Below, in pieces: positions 53,744-63,044 of a DNA stretch of 64,000 nucleotides. This DNA comes from Fimbriimonadaceae bacterium (GTDB lineage: Bacteria > Armatimonadota > Fimbriimonadia > Fimbriimonadales > Fimbriimonadaceae): assembly GCA_040902435.1 (NCBI GenBank), contig JBBDXG010000019.1:42779-106778 (forward strand). The letters are read 5' to 3'. The translations under genes were made by a program, and so were the position numbers. The notes under the pieces were generated by a model that saw only the letters and a program-made list of their open reading frames with translations, did not search any database and was not told the origin of the DNA. The first letter of the stretch is position 1; each line of letters opens with the position of its first letter.

Positions 53744-53762
53744 GGGTGATAGAATCTAGATT

Positions 53763-54506
53763 GTGAACGACCAGCACACGGTGCTGACTCCAGAAAAGGC
53801 CGTGGTGAGCTTTCGGGTCGCCGGGGTAGGTGGCCGGATCGGGGCGCAGATCATTGATCTGATGTTACTCGCGGCCACCATCTTTGCGGCGACGTTTCTA
53901 GCGGGGCTCGCGGGTCTCGTCTTGGGCGAGTTCGCCTTTGGGCTCTACGGGTTCTTCCTGGCGGCGTCGTTCTTCCTCTATTTCATCCTCTTCGAGTGGT
54001 TGTGGAACGGCTTGACGCCGGGCAAGAAGGCCGCCGGGATCCGGGTCGTCTCGGACGACGGGACCCCGGTGACGCTCCGCTCGGCGGTGTACAGGAACTT
54101 TCTGCGCGTGGCCGACTTCCTTCCGATGTTCTACTTTGCCGGGTTCATCGCGAGCTTCATGAACGAGAAGTCGCAGCGGCTGGGCGACCTCGCGGCCGGG
54201 ACGATCGTGATCTACGACGCCAAGCCGAACCCGCAGTACCAGGTCACGCCGCACCACGCGGGCGTGCACCCGTTCGAGGAGACCGTCGGTGAGCTCACGA
54301 CCATGACGATGGAGGAGTACTTCGCGATCAAGCGGCTGTGCGACCGCTTCCCGGAGCTCCCGCCGACCGTGCAGATGCGCAGCGTCGAAGAGGTCTGGAA
54401 GCCGTTCGCGACAAAGGAGCGGATCGAACCGCTCCCGGGAGTGCACCCCGTGTACCAGATGGAGGCCGTCGTGATGAAGTACGGGCGCAAGAGAAAGTTG
54501 TTCTGA
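53763..54506 (+). CDS. RDD family membrane protein
   Basis: The start is GTG. RIGAQIIDLMLL..., TM helices, and GKKAAGIRVVSDDGTPVT...RNFLRVADFLP are typical RDD strings. Confidence 0.7.
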   Translation: MNDQHTVLTPEKAVVSFRVAGVGGRIGAQIIDLMLLAATIFAATFLAGLAGLVLGEFAFGLYGFFLAASFFLYFILFEWLWNGLTPGKKAAGIRVVSDDGTPVTLRSAVYRNFLRVADFLPMFYFAGFIASFMNEKSQRLGDLAAGTIVIYDAKPNPQYQVTPHHAGVHPFEETVGELTTMTMEEYFAIKRLCDRFPELPPTVQMRSVEEVWKPFATKERIEPLPGVHPVYQMEAVVMKYGRKRKLF

Positions 54507-54708
54507 ATCTGTGGGGACAACGCGGCGGAAAGCGGCGTGGGGGATTCTGCAACGCTTCCGCTGGGGTTTTCCGGTCCGGTTGTCGGCAGGTTGTCCGGGC
54601 GAGGGTCCGAACCTGAGCCAGGTTCAGCCCGACACGCTTTCCCCACTATTCACACCTTAGTAACTGTAATAAGGTTGTCTATATACGAGATAGGATTTAC
54701 GAACAGCT

Positions 54709-55806
54709 GTGGAAACACGCGTCGCCGCGCCGGTCATCGAGCGCCTTTCGTTGCACTTCTTCCGGAACTACCGGGACGCGTTCGCGCGTCCGGGGGCGGG
54801 GTTCAACATCGTCTCGGGGGCGAACGCGCAGGGCAAGACGAACCTCCTGGAAGCGGTGCACCTGGTCTCAACTGGAAGGTTGATACGCGGGACCAGGGAC
54901 GCGCAGGCGGTGATGCACGGCGAGGAGACCGGTTCGGTCAGTGCGGAGCTGGCCGGTTCGGGGACGACGGTCGCGGTCGAGCTGCGGCGCGGGGTGCGGA
55001 AGAGGGTGCTTTTGAACGGGGCTTCGCTTCCCCGCCCGAGCGACGTCCTGGGACGGATCCCGACGGTCTCGTTCTCGGCCGGGGACCTGGAGATCGTCCG
55101 CGGCGATCCGAGCGAGCGCAGGCACTTTTTGGACAGCGAGCTCTCGCAGCTCTACCCCGGCTATCTTCGGCACCTGGCCGTCTACAAGCGGGCCCTGGAA
55201 CAGCGCAACGCGCTGCTGAAATCGGCTCAGGAGACGTACCAGCCGCCCGACGTCTTCGAAGCCTGGGAGGAGCAGCTCGCACAGCACGGGACCGAGATGC
55301 GGCGGTACCGGCGGGACTGGATTTCGGCCATCGCCCCGCTCGTCGCAGCGGCGCACGCGGACCTAGGCGCCGGCGAGGAGGTGGCGCTGCGGTACGTCGA
55401 GCGCGACGCGGGCGACCTGCTCGAGAACCTTGCGAGCGGGCGCGTGGACGACCTCCGCCGCGGCACGACCGGCACGGGCCCGCACAGGGACGAGCTCGAG
55501 ATCGAGATAGGGGGGTCGGAGGCTCGACCATTTGGTTCACAAGGGCAACAGCGGACGGCGGTGATCGCGCTGAAGCTCGCAGTGCTCGCCTCTGCCAGCG
55601 GCGTCCTGGGAGTGCCGCCGGTGCTGCTGCTCGACGACGTGTTCTCGGACCTCGACCAGGGCCGCCGGTCACGTCTCGTCGAACGCTCGCTCGAACTTGG
55701 CGGACAGGTGTTCCTGACGTGCACCGAGCCGGAGCAGGCGGGCGTCGAGCTCGTCGGCCGCTCAAAAGTCTTCCGGGTAGTCTCCGGCACGGTCACAGAG
55801 GCATGA
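54709..55806 (+). CDS. recF: DNA replication/repair protein RecF
   Basis: IERLSLHFFRNYRD..NIVSGANAQGKTNLLEAV carries the Walker A motif. The SMC-like signature FGSQGQQRT and the Walker B motif LLLDDVFSDLD are also present. Confidence 0.85.
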   Translation: METRVAAPVIERLSLHFFRNYRDAFARPGAGFNIVSGANAQGKTNLLEAVHLVSTGRLIRGTRDAQAVMHGEETGSVSAELAGSGTTVAVELRRGVRKRVLLNGASLPRPSDVLGRIPTVSFSAGDLEIVRGDPSERRHFLDSELSQLYPGYLRHLAVYKRALEQRNALLKSAQETYQPPDVFEAWEEQLAQHGTEMRRYRRDWISAIAPLVAAAHADLGAGEEVALRYVERDAGDLLENLASGRVDDLRRGTTGTGPHRDELEIEIGGSEARPFGSQGQQRTAVIALKLAVLASASGVLGVPPVLLLDDVFSDLDQGRRSRLVERSLELGGQVFLTCTEPEQAGVELVGRSKVFRVVSGTVTEA

Positions 55807-56102
55807 AGAAGGTCGAGGGCATGCTGGGAGCCGCGCTGGGCCGCCCCGAAGTCTTGAAGGCTGCGAGGGCGCAGATCGCCATGCGCAAGTGGGGGGAGAT
55901 CGTCGGCGAGGCGCTCGCGGACAAGTCCGAGCCCGACAGGTACGAAAAGGGGACCCTGTGGGTGGTGGCGAGCGGGTCTGCCTGGGCGCAGGAGATCCGC
56001 CTCAGGAAAGAGGACATCGTGGCCCGGCTGAACGAAGCAGCGGCCGAGCCAGGGCTCTTTCGGGACATGCGGGTCGGCGTCCGGTCCTTCAGGGTCCGCT
56101 AG
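55803..56102 (+). CDS. DUF721 domain protein (DciA-like)
   Basis: Its ATGA overlaps the recF stop. ...RKWGEIVGEALADKSEPDRYEKGTLWVVASGSAWAQEIRLRKEDIVARLN fits the DUF721 pattern, and the gene holds the conserved post-recF position. Confidence 0.65.
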   Translation: MKKVEGMLGAALGRPEVLKAARAQIAMRKWGEIVGEALADKSEPDRYEKGTLWVVASGSAWAQEIRLRKEDIVARLNEAAAEPGLFRDMRVGVRSFRVR

Positions 56103-56111
56103 GAGGAGGCG

Positions 56112-57485
56112 TTGCGAGAGGAGCTGGACCGTCGCCCCCTGGTCGCGGTCTTCCTTGGGCTCGTAGCAGGGTGCGCCGGCGCGGTGGTCGGGTGGTTCGC
56201 GCTCTTCGCCGTGCCGTTGGTGCTCTTCGTCAAGCGCTGGCCTGTGCGGCTCGCGTGCGTGCTGGCCTGCGGGCTCGGGTTACTGATCTACCCACGCCTG
56301 GACGAGGCGCCCGTGGTCGAGGAGGCGTTCCTCGAGACCGAGGTGGACGTGCTGACGATGCCGGTCACGACTGCCGAATCCATGCGGACGGTTGTCGGCC
56401 ACGGCGACGAGCGGTACGTGCTCTACCTCGACGCCGACTCCGGCGTGGTGCTTGGGGACAGGCTTAAGGTGCGGGCCGACATCAAGCCGCTGAGCGAGGG
56501 GCAGATAGCGCACCGCGGGGCGATCGGCACGATGAGGGCCATCTCAGAGCCGGCGGTCGTGGATCGCGGCTCGTTCGTTTGGCGGGTCGGGATGGCGCTC
56601 CGGCGGAGCTTCCAACGCATGACCGACGGGTTCGCCGACCCGGCCGCGGGACCGCTGCTCGACGGCATGTGCTTCAGCATGACCTCCGACATCCCGCTCG
56701 ACCTGCGCCGTGCAATGGCCAAGACCGGCACGTCGCACATCGTCTCGACCTCCGGCTTGCACATCGTTCTGGTCGCGTTCGCGCTTGCCGGCCTGCTCGG
56801 GACGATGCCCGTTCCCCGCCCCGCCCAGATCACCGTGCTCTTCGCGCTGCTGGCCGTCTACGCGGCCGCGGCGGGGTTCCAGCCGCCGGTCATGCGCGCG
56901 ATCCTTATGACGCTGGTGCTCGTCAGCGCCTACCTGTTCCGTCGTGGCCCGGACGGCCTCTCGGCCTTGGCGTTCGCTGGGATTGTGTCGCTGCTCTGGG
57001 CGCCGGAGCTGGTGCGAGACATCGGGTTCCAGCTCTCGATGGTCGCGGTGGGCTCGCTCGTGCTGTTCTCGCGCCTGCCAGAGGCCACGCCGCTCGACTC
57101 TCACGCCGGGCTGCGCGAGTGGGCGCTGCAGTACACCCAGGCGAGCGTGGTCGTGACCGTGGCGACGGCCCCGCTGCTCGCCTACCACTTCGGCATGGTG
57201 CCGCTGATGAGCGTGCCTGCCAACCTTTTGGTTGTGCCCGTACTGGGGATCGTGATCTCGGGGGCGCTGGCGGCCTGGGGGCTGTGGGCGATCGTGCCCG
57301 CGGTCGGCGTGGGGATGCTCAAGCTGTGCGTCGAGCCGATGACGGGGTGGGTCGGGCTCGTGATCGAGCGGCTCGGGTCGCTCCCCTTCGCCGCGCTCGA
57401 CGCGCCGGAGTTCTCCGCCTATTGGCTGGTCCCGACCTACCTGCTCGCCCTGCTGCTCTGGAGGCCGCATGTCCGCCCGGCTTAG
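56112..57485 (+). CDS. comEC: ComEC/Rec2 competence channel protein, DUF4131 + Competence domains only
   Basis: The start is TTG. The product has multiple TM helices. KTGTSHIVSTSGLHIVLVAF is the Competence-domain signature. It ends where the MBL-domain ORF begins. Confidence 0.7.
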   Translation: MREELDRRPLVAVFLGLVAGCAGAVVGWFALFAVPLVLFVKRWPVRLACVLACGLGLLIYPRLDEAPVVEEAFLETEVDVLTMPVTTAESMRTVVGHGDERYVLYLDADSGVVLGDRLKVRADIKPLSEGQIAHRGAIGTMRAISEPAVVDRGSFVWRVGMALRRSFQRMTDGFADPAAGPLLDGMCFSMTSDIPLDLRRAMAKTGTSHIVSTSGLHIVLVAFALAGLLGTMPVPRPAQITVLFALLAVYAAAAGFQPPVMRAILMTLVLVSAYLFRRGPDGLSALAFAGIVSLLWAPELVRDIGFQLSMVAVGSLVLFSRLPEATPLDSHAGLREWALQYTQASVVVTVATAPLLAYHFGMVPLMSVPANLLVVPVLGIVISGALAAWGLWAIVPAVGVGMLKLCVEPMTGWVGLVIERLGSLPFAALDAPEFSAYWLVPTYLLALLLWRPHVRPA

Positions 57486-58320
57486 CGCCTTTGCGGTCGG
57501 GCTTGCGGCCCTGCTCGGCGGGGTCGCCTACGAGGGCACGACGGGCAACGTGGGGGTGAAGGTCGCGTTCCTCTCCGTCGGGCAGGGCGACTGCACGGTC
57601 CTGATGAGCGACGACCGGACGGTCGTGGTGGACGTGGCGGCGAGCACGGAGGACTTCGACGCGGGCGAGCGGTTGGTCGTGCCGGGCCTGAGGCGGCTGG
57701 GGGTGAAGACGATTGACTGTTTGATCTTGACGCACCCGGACCTCGACCACGTCGGTGGGCTGCTGTCCGTCGCCGGCCGGTTCCGGATCGGGCGGGTGAT
57801 CGTGTCGCAGGCGTTCCGCAACGACCCGGAGATGTTGAAGGCGCTCGGAGAAGCGGGGCTGCGCGAGTCGCAGGTGGAGTGGCTCGATGGCAGCACGCGC
57901 GCCCAGATCGGGGAGTTGTCCCTGTTGATCGCAGCGCCCCCGTGGTTCGAAGGCATCGAGGCGAACGAGGCTTCGCTGTTCGTGCGCGTTGACGTCGGCG
58001 GTGCGTCGCTCGCAATGACAGGGGACGCGAACTCGATCGTCGAGGGCGCGATGTCTTCGGTCGGTGACTGGGACGTTGACTTGCTGAAGGCCGGGCACCA
58101 CGGCAGCCGACACTCGACGTCAACCGAGTGGCTCGAAGAGACTTCGCCTTCGTTCGTCGTCGTGTCGTGCGGACGTCGCAACACGTACGGCCATCCTGCC
58201 GTGCAGATGCAGGACCGCGTGCGAGAGCACGGCGCCCGGCTCATGCGCACCGACCGCGACGGCACGATCGTGTTCGTGCCGCGCGGCGACGAGTTCGTGC
58301 TGGCGAAGGTGTATAGATAG
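57469..58320 (+). CDS. MBL-fold metallo-hydrolase (ComEC C-terminal beta-lactamase-like domain as a separate ORF)
   Basis: The N-terminal TM helix is followed by VAFLSVGQGDCTVL, ILTHPDLDHVGG, LKAGHHGS and YGHP. It overlaps comEC by 17 nt in a different frame. Confidence 0.7.
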   Translation: MSARLSAFAVGLAALLGGVAYEGTTGNVGVKVAFLSVGQGDCTVLMSDDRTVVVDVAASTEDFDAGERLVVPGLRRLGVKTIDCLILTHPDLDHVGGLLSVAGRFRIGRVIVSQAFRNDPEMLKALGEAGLRESQVEWLDGSTRAQIGELSLLIAAPPWFEGIEANEASLFVRVDVGGASLAMTGDANSIVEGAMSSVGDWDVDLLKAGHHGSRHSTSTEWLEETSPSFVVVSCGRRNTYGHPAVQMQDRVREHGARLMRTDRDGTIVFVPRGDEFVLAKVYR

Positions 58321-58323
58321 GCG

Positions 58324-58351
58324 CTACGGAGGGTCGGCCTCCCGGACGACC
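58324..58351. repeat. Diverged REP-like copy
   Basis: CTACGGAGGGTCGGCCTCCCGGACGACC shares the GGAGGG-N4-CCTCCCGG core with the 34-bp element. It lies in the convergent intergenic region between the MBL gene and valS. Confidence 0.35.
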
Positions 58352-58395
58352 TGAATCGTGCGACCTCGGTCGCGCAGGAGCGCGACCCTCCATAC

Positions 58396-60993
58396 CTATC
58401 CACCGAACAGCTTCTTGCGCGACTCGAGCTTCGCGATCATGTCGCGCAGGTCGTTGGTGGTCGCACGCTCCTTCTCGACGACCTCCGGCTTTGCGCGCTC
58501 GACGAAGTTCGGGTTTTCCAGTCTTTGTTCGAGCTTCGCCAGTTCCTGCGTCGCCTTCTCGATCTGCCCTCCGATGCGCTCGCGCTCCGCGACCTCGTCA
58601 ATCAGCCCCTCCGTCGGAAGGTGCAGGTCAATTCCGGGGATCGAAGTGGAGACGAACTTCCCTTCCGGCCGGCCCCTGCGAAGGTCCTCGATCCACGCCT
58701 GCCCCGCGACCAACGATGCGCCGTCGCCGAGGTCGCCCTCGTAGTAGGCGACGGGCACCGCCTTCATCGCGGCCAGGCCGAGCTCGGCGCGCAGGGCGCG
58801 CAGCGCTCGGGTCGTCTCTAGCCACGATTCGACCAGGTTTTCGGCCCTTTCATTGACAGTCCCTGCCTGCTCGGGCCATGTGGCCTGCATGAGGAGCGCC
58901 GACTTGCCGGGGACCGGTAGGTGGCTGTAGACCTCCTCTGTTATGTGCGGCATGACCGGGTGTATCATGCGCAGGAAAGCGTCGAGGCACGTGACGAGCA
59001 CCCACTGTGGCGCGCTCCTCTGCGCCGGGTCCGCGAGCCGGCCCTTGCTGATCTCGATGTACCAGTCGCAGAGCTCCGACCAGAAGAACTGGTAGAGCGC
59101 CTGGCACGCGCTCTGCACGTCGTACGCCTCGTAGCTCTCGCGCACCGTCCGCTCAGTGCGCGCAAGTCGCGAGAGGATCCATTCGTCAACGACCTGCAGC
59201 TGTCGCGACCGACTGTGGTCATAGCCTTCGAGGTTCATGAAGACGAAGCGCGAGGCGTTCCAGATCTTGTTGCAGAAGTTGCGTGCTTCTTCCGTCCGAC
59301 GGTCCGAGTAGCGGATGTCCTGGTTGTATCCCGTCTGGCTGAAGAGCGTGTACCGCAGCGCGTCCGCGCCCTTCGTCCCAATGATGTCCATCGGGTCCAC
59401 TCCAGTGCCGAGCGACTTCGACATGCGCTTGCCGTCCTCCGTGAGCACGGTCGCGTAGATGTAAACGTCTTTGAAGGGGACCTCCTTGACGAAGTCGAGC
59501 CCCATCATCATCATGCGCGCGACCCAGAGGTAGATGATGTCGCGCGCTGTGACGAGCACGTCGGTCGGGTAGTGCGTCTTGAGATCGTCCGTCTGTTCCG
59601 GCCAACCCAGCGTCGCGAACGGCCACAGCCCGCTCGAGAACCACGTGTCGAGCACGTCGTCGTCTTGGCGCACTATCTTTCTGTCGCCCGCCTTCTTCTG
59701 CGCGTCCTCCCAACTCAGCGCGGCGAACGGCGCGTTGTCCTCCGTGTAATAAACGGGAATGCGGTGCCCCCACCAGAGCTGTCTGCTCACGCACCAGTCG
59801 CGGATGTTGTTCATCCAGTCGAGATAGACCGACGTGTACCGCTCGGGCACGAACCGGACCTTGCCTTCCTCGACCGCCTTGATCGCCGGCGCGGCGAGCT
59901 GCGTCTGGGAGACGAACCACTGCTCCGACGCCATCGGCTCGACGGGCTCGTTCGAGCGAGTGCTGACGACGAGCGCGATCTCGTGGTCCTCGGTCCTTTC
60001 GAGGAACCCCTGCTCCTCTAGGTCGGCGACGATCCTCTCCCGCGCCTTGACGCGGTCGAGGCCCTTGTAGGCGCCCCCGAGGTCGTTGACCTTCGCCGCC
60101 TCGTCGAAGACGACGAGGGTCTCAAGCCCATGCCGCTGGCCGACCTCGAAGTCGTTGGCGTCGTGGCCGGGGGTGATCTTGACCGCCCCCGTCCCAAACT
60201 CCGGGTCGGGGTATTCGTCGGCGATCAGCGGCAGCTCGCGGCCGACGAGCGGGAGCACGAGGGTCTTTCCAATCAGCTCGGTGTAGCGCTTGTCCTTGGG
60301 GTGTACGGCGACGGCGACGTCGGCGAGCATGGTCTCTGGCCGCGTCGTGGCGATAGTTAGGTGACCTGAGTTATCTTTGAACGGATAGCGGACGTGGTAG
60401 AGCTTGCCTCTCGTGACGCGGCGCTCGGTCTCGATGTCGCTGACGCTGGTCTTGAGGATGGGGTCCCAGTTGACGACACGGAGCCCGCGGTAGATCAGGC
60501 CCCTCTCGAACCATTCGATGAAGACCTTGAGGACGGCCTGGACGTAGCGGTCGTCGAGCGTGAACCGCTCGCGGTCCCAGTCGAAGGCGCAGCCTAGCGA
60601 CCGGAACTGCCTGAGGATCGTGTCGCCAGACTCGGTCCGCCACTGCCAGACCCGCTCAACGAACTTCTCCCTGCCGATCTGGAACGCCTCAACGCCCTCC
60701 TTTTTGAGCTGCTTGGTCACGACCGACTGGGTGGCGATCCCGGCGTGGTCTTGGCCGGGGAGGATCAGGACGCTGTAGCCGCGGAGCCGCTTGTACCTGC
60801 CAAGGAGGTCCTGGAGCCCGTAGCACAGGGCGTGGCCCATGTGGAGCGACCCGGTAATGTTGGGAGGGGGGATGGTGATCGTGTACCGGCGGTCGCCCGG
60901 CCCGGGCTTGAAGAGGCCGGCGTCCTGCCAGGCCTGGTACCACTTCGACTCGACGATCGAGGCGTCGTAACGGGTTGAGAGATCCGTGTCCAT
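58396..60993 (-). CDS. valS: Valine--tRNA ligase
   Basis: The 865-aa product has PPPNITGSLHMGHAL (HIGH motif), KMSKSLGTG (KMSKS motif) and a C-terminal coiled coil. Confidence 0.95.
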   Translation of the reverse strand: MDTDLSTRYDASIVESKWYQAWQDAGLFKPGPGDRRYTITIPPPNITGSLHMGHALCYGLQDLLGRYKRLRGYSVLILPGQDHAGIATQSVVTKQLKKEGVEAFQIGREKFVERVWQWRTESGDTILRQFRSLGCAFDWDRERFTLDDRYVQAVLKVFIEWFERGLIYRGLRVVNWDPILKTSVSDIETERRVTRGKLYHVRYPFKDNSGHLTIATTRPETMLADVAVAVHPKDKRYTELIGKTLVLPLVGRELPLIADEYPDPEFGTGAVKITPGHDANDFEVGQRHGLETLVVFDEAAKVNDLGGAYKGLDRVKARERIVADLEEQGFLERTEDHEIALVVSTRSNEPVEPMASEQWFVSQTQLAAPAIKAVEEGKVRFVPERYTSVYLDWMNNIRDWCVSRQLWWGHRIPVYYTEDNAPFAALSWEDAQKKAGDRKIVRQDDDVLDTWFSSGLWPFATLGWPEQTDDLKTHYPTDVLVTARDIIYLWVARMMMMGLDFVKEVPFKDVYIYATVLTEDGKRMSKSLGTGVDPMDIIGTKGADALRYTLFSQTGYNQDIRYSDRRTEEARNFCNKIWNASRFVFMNLEGYDHSRSRQLQVVDEWILSRLARTERTVRESYEAYDVQSACQALYQFFWSELCDWYIEISKGRLADPAQRSAPQWVLVTCLDAFLRMIHPVMPHITEEVYSHLPVPGKSALLMQATWPEQAGTVNERAENLVESWLETTRALRALRAELGLAAMKAVPVAYYEGDLGDGASLVAGQAWIEDLRRGRPEGKFVSTSIPGIDLHLPTEGLIDEVAERERIGGQIEKATQELAKLEQRLENPNFVERAKPEVVEKERATTNDLRDMIAKLESRKKLFGG

Positions 60994-61064
60994 GTTGTAG
61001 CTTTCCTGTCGTGAAAGTTGGCCGGAGTGTATCTCATGCCGGGCGGTGAGCCTAGGCCCCCGTA

Positions 61065-61080
61065 TGTTTCACGTGAAACT
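61065..61080. promoter_or_regulatory. parS (ParB-binding centromere-like site), one mismatch
   Basis: TGTTTCACGTGAAACT, against the consensus TGTTNCACGTGAAACA. Confidence 0.7.
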
Positions 61081-61100
61081 AACCAAATGGAGAAGCAATG

Positions 61101-61116
61101 TGTTTCACGTGAAACA
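61101..61116. promoter_or_regulatory. parS, perfect consensus
   Basis: TGTTTCACGTGAAACA is embedded in the 18-bp palindrome GTGTTTCACGTGAAACAC. It lies 36 bp from the first site and ends 3 nt before the ABC gene stop codon. Confidence 0.8.
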
Positions 61117-61119
61117 CTG

Positions 61120-62097
61120 CTAGTGGCCGTGCTCGAAGAGCCTACGGACGACCTCTTCGACAGAGACCTCCTCAACGGCGATGTCCACCACCGGGAGGGT
61201 CTGGAGGATCTTGCTGGCAGCCTGGGTGACCTCGGCCTTGGGGACTGAGACAGTCGCCACGCGGCCCTCTGACTCAAGCACCTTGCCGTAGGCGCTCAGG
61301 TCTGGAATCGGGTCGGTTCCCCCGAAGGTGAGCCTGAGCTGCTTGTCTGCCCCGTACCGATCCACCAACTGGTGAATTACCCCGCTAAAGACCAGGGCTC
61401 CTTTATCAATAACGATCACCCTCTGGGCCAGCTCCTGGACGTCCTGCATGTAGTGGCTGGTCAGGACGATGGTGCACTGGGTGCGCTTGTTGAGGTCGCG
61501 GAGGAAGTCCCTCATCCGCTTTTGGGAGACTAGGTCGAGCCCGATTGTGGGCTCGTCCAGGAAGAGGACTTCGGGGCTGTGAAGCAGGGCGGCGATAAGC
61601 TCGCACTTCATCCGCTCGCCCAGGCTGAGCTTGCGGACCTGGGTGTCCAGCTTGTCGGTGAGCTGGAGCTGCTCGGCCAGGTAGTCCAGGCGCTCCTTGT
61701 AGTCGGCGTCTGAGACGTCGTAGAGCACCCGAAGGACGTTGAAGCTCTCTACCGCCGGGAGGTCCCACCAGAGCTGCTGCTTGTTCCCCATGACGAGGGC
61801 GATCCGGCGGAGCATGTCCGGGTTCCGCTTCCAGGGCTCAAAGCCGAGCACCGTGGCCGTGCCCGAAGTAGGGAACATGATGCCGCTGAGCATCTTTATG
61901 GTGGTGGTCTTCCCGGCCCCGTTGGGGCCGAGGAACCCGACGATCTCGCCCTTCTCGATATTGAGGTCTATGCCTTTGACCGCCTCGACCTCGTCTTTGA
62001 TCGGCTTCACCAGGCCCTTGACCGTGCCCCAGAACCCGGGCTGCTTGCGCGTCACCTCGTAGACCTTTCGGAGGTTCTCAGCTTGGATGACGGGCAT
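61120..62097 (-). CDS. ABC transporter ATP-binding protein (ABC-2/COG4586-like)
   Basis: GFLGPNGAGKTTTIKMLSG is Walker A. LSLGERMKCELIAALL is the ABC signature, and LFLDEPTIGLD is Walker B. I use ATG 62097 (MPVIQAENLRKVY); the track start is GTG 62121. No permease gene is adjacent. Confidence 0.85.
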   Translation of the reverse strand: MPVIQAENLRKVYEVTRKQPGFWGTVKGLVKPIKDEVEAVKGIDLNIEKGEIVGFLGPNGAGKTTTIKMLSGIMFPTSGTATVLGFEPWKRNPDMLRRIALVMGNKQQLWWDLPAVESFNVLRVLYDVSDADYKERLDYLAEQLQLTDKLDTQVRKLSLGERMKCELIAALLHSPEVLFLDEPTIGLDLVSQKRMRDFLRDLNKRTQCTIVLTSHYMQDVQELAQRVIVIDKGALVFSGVIHQLVDRYGADKQLRLTFGGTDPIPDLSAYGKVLESEGRVATVSVPKAEVTQAASKILQTLPVVDIAVEEVSVEEVVRRLFEHGH

Positions 62098-62108
62098 GGC
62101 GGTTGACT

Positions 62109-62912
62109 TTACCAGGGCCACTGTTTCACGTGAAACAGCTCCGGCGCGAGCAGGTAGAGGGCCAGCAGGCTGGGGTAGCTGCTGAAGAGGAACGAGTCCA
62201 GGCGGTCGAGCACACCGCCGTGACCGGGCAGGATCGTGCCGGAGTCCTTAACATTGGCCAGCCGCTTGAGGCGGCTCTGGAGCAGGTCTCCGACCTGGCC
62301 GAGGATCCCGGTCGTGAGCCCGACGGCGATGCTTGCTGCGAGGGGGACACCGAGCCAGGCTCCGATCCCGTACGCCGCCCCCAGGCATCCGAGCAGGTTG
62401 GCGGCCGCCCCCTCCCAGGTCTTGTTCGGGCTGATGCTCGGCGCCATCTTGTGCCTGCCGATCGCCTTGCCGACGAAGTAGGCCAGCGAGTCGCCGACCC
62501 AGAGCGGGAGCAGGGCGAGGAGAAGGAGGTTTGGAGCAAACGAAGCCGATTCGGAGAAGAATTGAGGTTGGAGCAACAACCCCGAAGCAAGTCCAGCCGC
62601 CGGCCAGATGACAATGCCGGGGCTAGACCACATACGTTTAGGAGACCAAACTAACAAACCGACGAGCGCCGGCACCCAGAGTATCGATAAGTTGAACGGA
62701 TTCGACAGCGATTCCGGCATTCCGAAAGCTGGAATCAGCGGAATGAACGCTAGCAGGCCCCAAGGGCTAACACCTACGAGGTGAGCGGCCTCTGCCCCGG
62801 CGAGCAGGAAGATGAGTACAGAGAGAACGATGATCCCCCACGGCTCCCGCCACAGGATCGCGGCGAGCGCGATCGAGCCTGCCAGGACTGCCGTGACGAT
62901 GCGGGAGAACAT
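62109..62912 (-). CDS. cdsA: Phosphatidate cytidylyltransferase
   Basis: The product has multiple TM helices. SPNKTWEGAAANLLG and DLLQSRLKRLANVKDSGTILPGHGGVLDRLDS form the CdsA signature. I use ATG 62912; the track start at 62993 runs through a repeat tract. Confidence 0.8.
   Translation of the reverse strand: MFSRIVTAVLAGSIALAAILWREPWGIIVLSVLIFLLAGAEAAHLVGVSPWGLLAFIPLIPAFGMPESLSNPFNLSILWVPALVGLLVWSPKRMWSSPGIVIWPAAGLASGLLLQPQFFSESASFAPNLLLLALLPLWVGDSLAYFVGKAIGRHKMAPSISPNKTWEGAAANLLGCLGAAYGIGAWLGVPLAASIAVGLTTGILGQVGDLLQSRLKRLANVKDSGTILPGHGGVLDRLDSFLFSSYPSLLALYLLAPELFHVKQWPW
62122..62137. promoter_or_regulatory. parS, perfect consensus, inside the 3' end of cdsA
   Basis: TGTTTCACGTGAAACA lies within the 18-bp palindrome CTGTTTCACGTGAAACAG. 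On the minus strand it encodes ...LFHVKQ... of CdsA. Confidence 0.8.
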
Positions 62913-63044
62913 GAAGCGCCACCGGGTTATACCGGGGGAGGATGGGTGAGGTTCGGTTTGATTCGGATTCGGGGTGGATACGAACCCGAACACAAAGGCG
63001 CCCAGCCACCGAGGGCGGCCGGGCGCTTCAATTGAACCAGTGGC

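Noticed and set aside
61066-62136. GTTTCACGTGAAAC palindromes as terminal inverted repeats of a mobile cassette carrying the ABC gene, or as operators of a transcription factor.
   Set aside because: The 16-mer is an exact match to the well-established parS consensus. There are no target-site duplications and no transposase or integrase, so ParB binding sites are the simpler explanation.
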